From Caecitellus pseudoparvulus (lineage: Eukaryota; Protista; Bigyra: Bicosoecida): a stretch of 27,287 bases of DNA. The notes beneath the pieces were generated by a model, which was given only the letters and a program-made list of their open reading frames with translations, did not search any database and was not told the origin of the DNA. This document shows, in pieces, positions 1 to 10,204 of the stretch; position 1 is the first letter of the stretch; each line of letters opens with the position of its first letter. Made by a program: the position numbers and the translations under genes. The stretch spans positions 1-27,287 of the forward strand of contig CBFFRQ010000215.1 in assembly GCA_965644315.1 (NCBI GenBank). Reading direction: 5' to 3'.

Positions 1-745
1 CCCAGCCCCAAGCCACCATTGCCCCCCCGCCCCCACATCACACACGGCCACCTGCACGCCAACCGCCCACGAGCATGCTGCCGTGCATGGCCTGCGCCTG
101 GCTGCATCGCGGCGCACAGTGGACTGCCCTGATCACGGGCCCGTCCTCCAGCACCACCCGCAACGCCGGCCGCGTTTCCACGGCGTTTCCTCACACCCAT
201 CCACAGCCCACCCGCACACCCCGCGCACACTGACCACACGCCACACACCCCACTCACACATCTGGGCATGGCCGGGACCCCACACCAGGGCCCCGCTCTC
301 GCTGGCCTCGCCGCCGGTGCAGCGGTGGCCACGGGAGTGCATCTGGCGAGCCAAGCTGCCGGCACTGTTGCTGGCGCGGGCCTCAGCCTGGCATCCACCG
401 CCATGACGGAGGGCACACGGGCAGTGGGCGGTGACGTGGCCGCGGCGGCTGTGGCAGGTGTGTGCGGTGCTGGGTGTGCCCTGGCCGCGACAGCCGCCAG
501 CACCACCGGCACAGTGGCCAGTGCGGCGGCAGGCGCAGTCACGTCCGTGGCGGTGACGGCTGTAGGCTCTGCGGCGCTGCATGGTGTGCGTGCGGCGAGC
601 GCGGGTGTGTTGGGTGGTCAGGGCGGGCATGGGGATGTGTGGAGGTGCGGGGGGGGGGGTCCGCTGTGGTGTGAGGTGGATGATGGGTATGTGTGTGTGT
701 CTCGTCCTGGAGGGTGTGTGAGGAGCGGGGGTGGAGAGGGGTGAG
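1..745. repeat. Partial host tandem unit (ZF upstream region plus small divergent ORF); its ZF gene presumably lies left of the window
   Basis: Near-identical to ~9401-10147 and ~12478-13225 by direct comparison. Confidence 0.9.
268..744 (+). CDS. Small Ala/Gly/Val-rich hydrophobic protein, copy 1 (158 aa), unknown function
   Basis: ATG start; ORF conserved in three units; differences in the first ~105 codons are mostly synonymous (CAT/CAC, GCG/GCA, GCG/GCC, TCT/TCA versus one A/V). Confidence 0.55.
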   Translation: MAGTPHQGPALAGLAAGAAVATGVHLASQAAGTVAGAGLSLASTAMTEGTRAVGGDVAAAAVAGVCGAGCALAATAASTTGTVASAAAGAVTSVAVTAVGSAALHGVRAASAGVLGGQGGHGDVWRCGGGGPLWCEVDDGYVCVSRPGGCVRSGGGEG

Positions 746-1091
746 TTCGGTTGCCGCCTACAGAGGGGGCTTGTGGCTCAGCGAATGCATTGATAGACAA
801 CGCACCCGGTCGCGGACCGTCTTGACACCACGGGAGCCCTGCGCTCAGCACCGATGTGCCGCAGTCGCCGGGGCCCCGTACCCAGAGGCTATTGGTGCCA
901 GACGTCCATCGCCTGTGTGTTAAAAAAAGAAAAGCGGCGACAAGCGAGTGAGAGCTTGGAGGCTAGGGGGGCTGGGAGCTTGGAGGGGCGGCAGTCGTGG
1001 CACGGGAACTAGATAGTATCCGGTCGCGACTGCGCCCCAACCTCCCGCAGCGCCCAAACACTGGTTCTCGCCGGCTGCGCCATTGAGAACA
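746..1091. mobile_element. 346-bp orphan insertion, possible solo terminal-repeat remnant or non-autonomous element
   Basis: Absent at the homologous positions of the other units (~10145, ~13223); TGAG on both sides (742-745, 1092-1095); internal A-tract 922-933; terminal hairpin GTTCTC...GAGAAC. Confidence 0.55.
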
Positions 1092-1120
1092 TGAGGTCTA
1101 GTGCATTGTGGGCATGATGG

Positions 1121-1548
1121 TCATGCATGTACGGAGCGGATATGCTTCTTGAGATTGCCAGCCTGTGTAAATGTCTTGTTACAGTGAGGGCAGTGGTGGT
1201 CTCGCGCACCCTCATGCACAGTGCGGATGTGGACCTTGAGATAACCAGCCTCGGCGAAGCTCTTGTCACAGTGCGGACAGTGGTGGTCTCGTGCGCCTTC
1301 GTGGACGGTGCGGATGTGGGTCTTGAGGCTGCCAGCCCTACCGAATGCCTTGTCACAGTGTGGGCAGTGGTAGTCTCGTGCCCCTTCATGCACGGTGCGA
1401 ATGTGGGTTTTGAGATTACCAGCCTGTCCGAATGCCTTGTCACAATGCGGGCAGTGGTGGTCTCTGGTGCCCTCGTGCACGGTGCGGATGTGCTTTGTCA
1501 GAGAGCAAGCGATGCCGAATGCCTTGCCACAGTGCGGACACTGGTGGT
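1121..1548 (-). pseudogene. ZF gene A, 3' part (fingers 12-16), separated by retrotransposon copy 1
   Basis: Five CPHCxKxFxxxxxLxxHIRxVH repeats ending HIRSVHA-TGA; rejoins 7372-9235 in frame (EGARD|HQCPHC; 2292 nt, 763 aa). Confidence 0.9.
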
Positions 1549-2034
1549 TCCCTCGTGTTGGTGCGTTGTGCGTGGCAATCGAAATGCATTGAACTGGGCC
1601 CGCCTCGAGGCCGTCCCCTCCCCCCTCTATGCCAGCGGCCACCAGGGCTCGCTGCATCTCTTGGGGGAGGGGACGCCTCCTTGCGGCACCCGCCAATCGA
1701 GAAAAAGAAAAAAAAAGGAAAGAGAGTGACGAGGCCGGCTAATGACTGGTTTTGTCATGCCCGGTCCTGCCGTCGTCTACTCTGCGTTGGGGCGGCGGGG
1801 GACAATTGTGCCACTAGCGTGGGACTGCCCGCCGCCCCTCCTGCCGGGAAACATGGTTGCCGGCTGGGGTGCCGGCAACCTCGGTTCCCTCGTGTTGGTG
1901 CGTTGTGCGTGGCAATCGAAATGCATTGAACTGGGCCCGCCTCGAGGCCGTCCCCTCCCCCCTCTATGCCAGCGGCCACCAGGGCTCGCTGCATCTCTTG
2001 GGGGAGGGGACGCCTCCTTGCGGCACCCGCCAAT
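1549..2034 (-). repeat. Copy 1 3' terminal B1-A2-B2 split direct repeats
   Basis: B1 (1886-2034) matches B2 (1549-1697); A2 (1707-1885) matches A1 (7194-7371). Confidence 0.93.
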
Positions 2035-2065
2035 ACTTTTCAATGCTTGCTTCCTCCCCTGGGTG

Positions 2066-2940
2066 TCATGGCCTCGTGCCACAGCCTCGCCCCCTCCCCC
2101 CCCCCCGGGGGGGTAGTATCGTGCCCGGGTGGGGGAGCCAGCCGCCCAGCCCGCCGCGTGCTCCACCAAGACGTCGGGGGCCCGGCCTGTCCAGAACATA
2201 TTGCCCCCGGGTCTCAGGTGGGCCAAGGACACGCCCGCTACAGCCTTCAGGATGCCTTGCAGGCTGAGCCACGCCCACCTTGGGAGCAGGCTTCCCCGCT
2301 TGTCCCGGGCCTGCTCCCGGAGGCGGTCGAAGGCCCCCGCCCACTCGGCCTGGCGCACCACCTGGATGTGGCGGTTTGCACTCAGGTGCGTTTTATCCGT
2401 GACCCTGGCCTCCACCCACTGCAGGGGGCCCGCCCGCCCGAAGTGCAACTCCTCCCATCGCAGGCCCCGGAGCTCTCCCGGCCTGCACATGCCATGAAAG
2501 CCGATGTAGATAGCTGCGGCGGCAGTTGGGGCATGCCTCCCGAGGTGTGGCCCGTCCCATGCCCGCTTCATGGCCTCCATGACTTGTTCTTTGCTGATAG
2601 GGCGGCGGTGTTGCTCCCCTCTCCCTCGGTGGAGCCGGCGGATTGCCCGGCAGATGCTGCCGACTGTGAGCCCCAGCGGGGCTAGCGACGGGATTGGCAG
2701 GCCCAGATACCTAAAACCACCGACCCATTGCGCCAGGATCTGCTTCGCCCGATGGGGGGCCCATCTGCCTGCGGCCACGCCGCCCGTTAAGATGCCCACC
2801 ATGGTCCGCGCCCTGTCCCGGGGTGCTGGAGCGGCCCTGATCAGGCCAGCAACCGCGCGAACGTACTTGACCACCGTCCCCTTTGCCAGCCTATGTTGGT
2901 GAATCCTGCTGATCGGGGACGCGGGGATGGCCCTGATCAT
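2066..2940 (-). CDS. Tyrosine recombinase, copy 1 (3' end altered in the G/C homopolymer after the catalytic Tyr)
   Basis: Same protein as 19595-20464 up to RARYY; the 387-aa ORF extension comes from homopolymer differences near 2090-2113. Confidence 0.85.
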
Positions 2941-2960
2941 CTGCCAGAAGGTCTGCTTCC

Positions 2961-5107
2961 TTATCCAGAGTGTGTCTGTGCAGGGCGACGGAGAGTTGAG
3001 CTGAGTGAATCCACGCGGTGCCCGCCCCGGCCCTTTTCCGACGGCCCTACGTCTAGGGACACATCATGCCACCGCTCAGCGGCGCTGCTTCCCCCTGCTG
3101 ATACCTCCAGCTCGGCTGGTTGCCCTGGCGGGAGGCCGAGCGCTGCCGGTGTGCTGCTATCCACCCTTTCGGGGTGGCTGAGGGCGTCCGCCCGCCAATT
3201 CAGGCTCCTCGGGATCCACCGAGGCGCCAAGTGGACGTCCAAAACGCGGGAAACCCGCTCGAGGACCCCGCAGACGCGCGTGAGTTCACGGCTGTGCTTG
3301 CTGTACCCTCGTCGCGCCAGCGCCACCGCTGCCTGGCTGTCCGCAGCTAGGCATAGCAGCAGCGGCCCCGGCTCGGGAAAAACATGCCGCGCCATTGCCA
3401 TAGCCAAGGCGATTGCGTACAGCTCCAGCATCGTGGAGGCTCCCACGAGCTCCTCGCCCGGGGCTGTGCCGGGGATGCGCATGGACGCGTACCAAGCGGA
3501 GTCTGTGCGTTCTCCTGGCCCTGCCCACCTCGACACTGTTGCCCCCAGCCCGCCTTCCCCCGACGCGTCGCACGAGCCAAAGAGGGCGGCGCGCCACCTG
3601 CTTGACAGTGGGGAGAGCGGGCGCATCGGGCCCGTCGATAACGGCCCACCGAGGGCCTCAAGGAGGGTCCGCAGGGCCCCGTGCGACGCCGGGGGGACAG
3701 GCACGAGAGCGCCGGGGGGCCGACGCGGTACTTGTGTGTGCGCATGGTGTCGTACAAGAGCGACAGCGTTTGTTTTGCGTGGGGCACCACGGCCGACAGG
3801 CCGTGCAAGCGCCCTGTGACCGCGGCGAAAACGCGCTTGGGGATGGTGGAGCAAGCGCCGAGGCGATTAAGGACCGCGGCCAGCTGCCACCGCAGCTGAG
3901 TTCGTTTGGCTTGAGGACACTCAAGGTACACCCCACACGGGGCACACCTGACCACCATCCCCAAGTACTGAACGACGCGCTGTGGCCCTTGCGTCTTCTT
4001 GCGCGACACCCGGAAGCCCACGTCCTCGAACAGTTGAGTTATCTTGGGCACGATCGATGGCCGTGGCCCCAACGTAGCTCCCCCAAGCCCGACGTCGTCT
4101 ACGTACACAACCACATGCCCTGCTGGGAACGCCGCTTCGATCTTGGCGCCCAGAAGTCCAGAAAAAAAGCAGAAAATGGCCCCGGCCGGGCTGTACCCGA
4201 AGGCCATCCGAAGCATGCGGAAGGCTGGCCTGCCCTGGGCGAGCATGGTGAACAGTCCGGCGCCCGACGGAGCGATGGGGATGGCCGTGTACCCTGCTTC
4301 CACGTCCAGGACAACACAGTCCGAGTTCGGCGGGAGGCGCAGCGCCCAGCTCTCCAGCGTGGGGTAGTGGAATGGGGGGCTCACTGAGGCCTGGTTGACG
4401 GCTGCCAGATCGTACACCACCCGCTGCTTGGCCCGGAACAGGCGGCTCGGGCGGGCGGGCGCGCGGGAAGAGCTGGCGGCCTGCACCGCCTCGCCTGGGT
4501 TCGCAGCAGCCCACTGTCGCAGAGCTTCGTCGCTGACGCCCGGCTGGGGGGCCCATGTCGTGACAACGAAGGCAGAAGCGGCTGGCCCCCCATCTTTCGG
4601 TGCTGCTGCAGCTGCTGGGGGTGACCGGCTGCAGCACGCGCGCAGCCGCGAAGGCGTCATAGGCCGCTGCCACCGCCCGCTCGTCGTGCGGCTGCAGCAC
4701 GTATGCCGAGGACGGGGATGCCGCTGCCGGGGGCGGCGGAACAGCAGCCAAGCGGGGTCCCACCCGCGCAGCGTGACCACGGTGAGCAGTCGCATGGCTG
4801 CGCACCGCTCAAGCTGCCGTAATCTGGAAGTGGTCTCGCCGCATGCGGGACACACGTCAGCGTGGGCCTCCTGGCAACCCCAGTATGAGACCACGGGGTG
4901 GGGGCCCCAGTCCAAGCCCCCACGCAAGATGTCCTCGAAGAGCCCCGGTGGAGTCCAACAACGGTCCCCATGCAGCTGCTGGACCATTGATTCGATGAGC
5001 ACGGCCATGGCGCGGTGGTCTGTCGAGAGCGGGGCGGCAGCCCTCCACTCCACGGGCACGGCCCGGTACCCCGTGGTCGCTCTCACCACCGCGCTCCGGC
5101 CCACCTC
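2961..5107 (-). pseudogene. RT-RNaseH (pol), copy 1, frameshifted
   Basis: YVDD and RNase H motifs split over frames by 1-nt homopolymer deletions relative to copy 2 (near 4730, 4620, 4590, 3720); may be sequencing error. Confidence 0.85.
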
Positions 5108-7190
5108 CTAGAGGCTGAGAGCTGCCTCCACCATGGCCGTGGTGACAGCGCGGGGCTGCATGCGCCGCTGGAAGTCACGTCCCTTGGATGCCACCTTCCG
5201 CTCCCACTGGCGCACCAGCATGGCCACTGCCTGCGCCTGGGTAAGTTCTGCGGGCTTACCTCCGACTGTGTGGGTCCGGCGCAGGTGGGCCACATGCTGG
5301 GCCAGGCGTGGGCAGGATGCCAGCGACCGGCGCCGCCGGTCGGATCCGACGCACCCGGGGCACCACACGAATGTGCTCGGGTCGTCCTGCCGGTACAGCC
5401 CCGCGGGAGGGCCACGAGCGGGGGTTTGCGCCGGGCCGCCCCCCGCACCTGGCATCGGTGTGGCGGCGGCCCCGGCCGCCCATGCCTCGCGCGCCAGCGA
5501 GCTGGCCACCAGTGCTTGCCCCGTCGCCGACGCCATCATGACAATGGTGGCGTTAGTGCGGAACGTGGCCACCCAGGAGGCCCACGTCAGCTGGGCCCAT
5601 CGCCTGCGCTGGCCTTCGGGCAACGCAGCGGCGGTCTGCGCCACGGCCCGCACTGCGATTGTGATCAGGAGTGCGCACGCCATGGCTCGGCACAGGCCCC
5701 GCTGGTCTGCCAGGGCGGGCACCTCGGACGCCCACTTCCACCAGAACGCTCGGAGGGAGCGGTGGAGGTCGTCGGAAGGCGCCGTCAGCAAGTCCCTGGT
5801 CATCGCAGCAAGCCACCAAGCGCCCCCACGGTTGCCCAGCATGTGGCATGCCGACAGGGCACCCGCCCCAGTTACTGCCACTAGATGGGTTGGGTCAACT
5901 GTAACTTCCACCCTCCCTTGCACCAGGCGTACAGCAGTCACTACGTCCATAGCGTCGTCCATCATGACCGACGCGGACGGCGGGGCTACCTCATCGCCGG
6001 GGGCTGTGAGCCAGGACGGGTCGCCGGGAGCGGGCACGCGGGGCGAGTGGGGGGGGAGCTGGCGGGACAGGAACGTACCTGACGGCACTGGGCCCGTTGC
6101 TGCGGGCACCTCTCGTGCAGCAGCCTCAGCCATCTCGACAGCCACCGTGGTCAAGGCGTCTGTGGTCCCCGCAGCGAAAACTGCCCCCAAGGCTGACAGG
6201 CGGTCCCGGGCCACCGCCGACGAGGGGTGTGCGGTCGGCCCAATGACCCGCAGCGCGCCTACAGTGACCAGTACCTCGTCGGCTGGCGACGACCGACCGC
6301 TGTTCTCCCCCATGTGACCGAAAACAGCCGACCCGCCTTCGGGGTGGACTGCCGGCGAGGCTCCGCCGCCCCACGGGGGAGGGGGGCTGCGGGCTATAGG
6401 CCGCCCTGTGCCTCTTGGAGGCCGGGGGGTGACCCGGGGCCGCCGCACGGGGCTGTAACCGGGCGGCATCCGGTGTGGTGCCCGGGAAAACGGGAAAGAA
6501 CGGGGCGCCGGCATCGTCGTCGCCAAAGTCGTCGTCGCCCGCCAGCGCGGCCTCCAGGACCCGCTGCAAATGCATCACGATGTCGTCGGGGGTGAGGTCG
6601 GGGGGAATACCGTTGAGTCTGCACCATGCGGCGAAGCGCCGTGGAGGCCAAGCGGAGAGGGCGTACGGCGATGTCTCCTCCGTTGCCAAGCCCACGTAGA
6701 ACTGCAGCTGCACGGCGACGTCCTCGCTCGGCACCGTCGCTCCCCTCTGCAGGAACCACGTAAGCACTGTGGCGGGATCTTGCGGGAGGTCGCCTGCGAC
6801 TGCGTCCGGCTGGGTCGGGCGCGGGGGTAGGTGCGGGCCGTAGGGCGTGCCACTGCTCGCACCGCGCGGACGGGTTCGCTTCGTGCCGTGCCCCCGTGGT
6901 GAGCCGCCTGCGCGATGAGGGGCACCGTCAGCGGGGAGGCGGAAAGCTCTGCCCGCAATGAGGGATCGCATGCGATCTGCCCGGAATCCCTCGGGCACCT
7001 CCCGGAGGCGCCAAGCGGCCTCCATCTTACCAAAATCCTCAGAATCCGCCCACTTCAGCCAGTACTCGAACTCCTGCTCCGTTATGAGCGCCTTGGCTTG
7101 CTTGGCGGAGTTGACAGACATCATTTTGTCGTGGATGTCCTCCCAGCTTCCGCCCTCCGTGTCGCTGGAAGCTGGATCATCCGATGCCAT
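5108..7190 (-). CDS. Gag-like ORF1, copy 1 (two frames joined at a C-run near 6375-6386)
   Basis: ATG directly after A1; same translation as copy 2; gag assignment is positional only. Confidence 0.65.
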
Positions 7191-7193
7191 CTC

Positions 7194-7371
7194 GAAAAAA
7201 AAGGAAAGAGAGTGACGAGGCCGGCTAATGACTGGTTTTGTCATGCCCGGTCCTGCCGTCGTCTACTCTGCGTTGGGGCGGCGGGGGACAATTGTGCCAC
7301 TAGCGTGGGACTGCCCGCCGCCCCTCCTGCCGGGAAACATGGTTGCCGGCTGGGGTGCCGGCAACCTCGGT
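7194..7371 (-). repeat. Copy 1 5' terminal repeat A1
   Basis: 178 bp, matches A2 at 1707-1885. Confidence 0.93.
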
Positions 7372-9235
7372 CTCGTGCACCCTCGTGCACGGTGCGGATG
7401 TGCCTCTTGAGACTGCCAGCCTCGCCGAAGCTCTTGTCACAGTGTGGGCAGTGGTGGTCTCGCGCACCCTCGTGCACAGTGCGGATGTGTGCCTTGAGAT
7501 TACAAGCCGTGCCGAATGCCTTGTCACAGTGTGGGCAGTGGTGGTCTCGTGCGCCTTCATGGACGGTGCGGATGTGGGTTTTGAGATCACCAGCCGTGCC
7601 AAACGCCTTCTCACAGTGTGGGCAGTGGTGGTCTCTCGCGCCCTCATGCACTGTGCGGATGTGGACCTTCAGATTGCCAGCCGTGCCAAACGCCTTGTCA
7701 CAGTGTGGGCAGTGGTGGTCTCTGGCGCCCTCGTGCACGGTGCGGATGTGGGTCTTGAGGCTGCCAGACTCGCTGAAGGCCTTGTCACAGTGCGGGCAGT
7801 GGTAGTCCCGTGCACCTTCATGCACGGTGCGGATGTGCTTCTTGAGGTGACCAGCCGTGCCAAAGGCCTTGTCACAGTGCGGGCAGTGGTGGTCTCGCGC
7901 ATCCTCATGGACGGCGCGGATGTGTCTCTTGAGGCTGCCAGCCTGTGTAAATGCCTTGTCACAGTGCGGGCAGTGGTGGTCTTGGACACCCTCATGGACG
8001 GTGCGGATGTGGGTTTTGAGATTACCAACCTGCCCGAAGCTCTTGTCACAGTGTGGGCAGTGGTATTCCCGTGCACCTTCATGCACGGTGCGGATGTGCT
8101 TCCTGAGGCTGCCAGCCTCGCCGAACGTCTTGTCACAGTGCGGGCAGTGGTGGTCTCTGGCGCCCTCATGGACGGTGCGGATGTGTTTCCTGAGGCTGCC
8201 AGCCTCGCCGAAGGCCTTGTCACAGTGTGGACAGTGGTGGTCTCTGGCACCCTCATGGACAGTACGGACGTGGGTCTTGAGATTGCCAGGCTTGCTGAAG
8301 CTCTTCCCACACACAATGCACACCACTCGACCACCCGCACCTGCCCCCCCATGACACTCACGCCTGTGCTCCTCCACAGCGCCCCACGACCCCAACACCA
8401 CATCGCACAGCATGCACCGAGGCACGCCTTGCACACGCGCTCCCGCGCCTCGCCCCACATCTGCCCTCGCCGCCCCAGCCACCTCGCCCTCGCCCTCGCC
8501 ACGCGGCACGCTCACTCCCACATCGCCCAGTGCGTCGTCCCCGCGTCCATTGCCGTCACGGGTGCCGCTGTCCACCTCCTCACATGACACCGTGCTGCCA
8601 CTGTCACTGCTGTCACTGCCGTCGCTGTCGCTGCCGTCACTGTCCCACTCGCTGTCACTGCTGTGCCTCCCGTCGCCACCACCGCCGCTGCACTCCTCGG
8701 CCCCACCCACATCCACACCTACACACCCTCTCGCCCCCCACTCCTCACAGCTGCTCGACCCCCCACTGCTCGTCACCGTCAACCCGCCACAACTTGCTCC
8801 GCCACACCGACCACCACCGACCACACCGACCACACCCACCTTCCACAGTACCATGTCCGCCACCGTCCCCGCACGCCACTGGGCAGACCATGACGGCAGC
8901 TCACCCTGCAGTGCCGCGACGCCCGTGCGCGTCACGTCCTCCAACCGCTCCACCTGCGCCGCTGACTCTCCACACACCTCGCCACCACGCCCTGCGCCCA
9001 CGCTCTGACCGTCGCCACACAACGCGCCCCCACTACACCCCGTCACACCACCCGGCGCCTCGCCAGCACACGCTGCGCCACACTTCCTCTTGCAGGGACT
9101 GGTCTGGCCTCCCGCCAGCCTGCGCTTCGCGCCCCCCACGGCGCTCACCCTGCCCGCTTGCGTTGCAGGCGCTGCGCCGTGCCTCAAACTGCGCCGGCAC
9201 GCCACGCCGGGCTGCCTCGTGCCCACGCAGCTCAT
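7372..9235 (-). pseudogene. ZF gene A, 5' part (N-terminal low-complexity region, one isolated finger, tandem fingers 1-11)
   Basis: CCACC-ATG start (MSCVGTRQPG); 11 tandem 29-aa C2H2 fingers; frame runs into A1 and stops at 7241. Confidence 0.9.
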
Positions 9236-9667
9236 GGTGGGAGTGGGGGGGGGGCAGCAGTGTGCAGTTTGTCTGGTGTGTTGCATGTGATGTGAGCAGT
9301 GTGTGGTTGGGAAGTAGTGTGCGGGGGGAAGTGTGGGGGGGGGTGTGGCAGGAGAGACTCGTCGGCGAGCTGCTCAGGCTGCACTCTCGACTCCACACGC
9401 CCACGCCCCAAGCCGCCATTGCCTCCACGCCCCCACATCACACACGGCCACCTGCACGCCAACCGCCCACGAGCATGCTGCCGTGCATGGCCTGCGCCTG
9501 GCTGCATCGCGGCGCACAGTGGACTGCCCTGATCACGGGCCCGTCCCCCAGCAGCACCCGCAACGCCGGCCGCGTTTCCACGGCGTTTCCTCACACCCAT
9601 CCACAGCCCACCCGCACACCCCGCGCACACTGACCACACGCCACACACCCCACTCACACATCTGGGC

Positions 9668-10204
9668 ATGGCCGGGACCCCACACCAGGGCCCCGCTCTC
9701 GCTGGCCTCGCCGCCGGTGCAGCGGTGGCCACGGGAGTGCACCTGGCGAGCCAAGCTGCCGGCACTGTTGCTGGCGCGGGCCTCAGCCTGGCATCCACCG
9801 CCATGACGGAGGGCACACGGGCAGTGGGCGGTGACGTGGCCGCGGCAGCTGTGGCAGGTGTGTGCGGTGCTGGGTGTGCCCTGGCCGCGACAGCCGCCAG
9901 CACCACCGGCACAGTGGCCAGTGCGGCGGCAGGCGCAGTCACGTCCGTGGTGGTGACGGCTGTAGGCTCAGCGGCGCTGCATGGTGTGCGTGCGGCGAGC
10001 GCGGGTGTGTTGGATGGTCAGGGCGGGCATGGGGATGTGTGGAGGTGCGGGGAGGGGGGTCCACTGTGGTGTGAGGTGGATGATGGGTATGTGTGTGTGT
10101 CTCGTCCGGGTGGGTGTGTGGGAGGGGCAGGGGTGGAGAGGGATGAGGTGGTGTGCATTGTGGGTATGATGGTCATGCGTGTAGGGAGCGGATGTGGACC
10201 TTGA
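9668..10204 (+). CDS. Small Ala/Gly/Val-rich protein, copy 2 (178 aa; tail extended by an indel)
   Basis: Paralogue of 268-744; divergent from ZF gene A, convergent with ZF gene B. Confidence 0.55.
   Translation: MAGTPHQGPALAGLAAGAAVATGVHLASQAAGTVAGAGLSLASTAMTEGTRAVGGDVAAAAVAGVCGAGCALAATAASTTGTVASAAAGAVTSVVVTAVGSAALHGVRAASAGVLDGQGGHGDVWRCGEGGPLWCEVDDGYVCVSRPGGCVGGAGVERDEVVCIVGMMVMRVGSGCGP

Larger units (their letters stand above)
1549..7371 (-). mobile_element. Tyrosine-recombinase retrotransposon (DIRS order, Ngaro-like), copy 1, full length 5823 bp
   Basis: A1 7194-7371, gag-like, RT-RNaseH, YR, B1 1886-2034, A2 1707-1885, B2 1549-1697; removal restores an intact ZF ORF; GGT/ACC shared by both junctions and by the B1-A2 junction. 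Confidence 0.93.

Noticed and set aside
1725-1770. Hammerhead ribozyme in the antisense of repeat A (GTGACGAG / CTAATGA)
   Set aside because: No exact CUGANGA core with stem II and a correctly placed GAAA.
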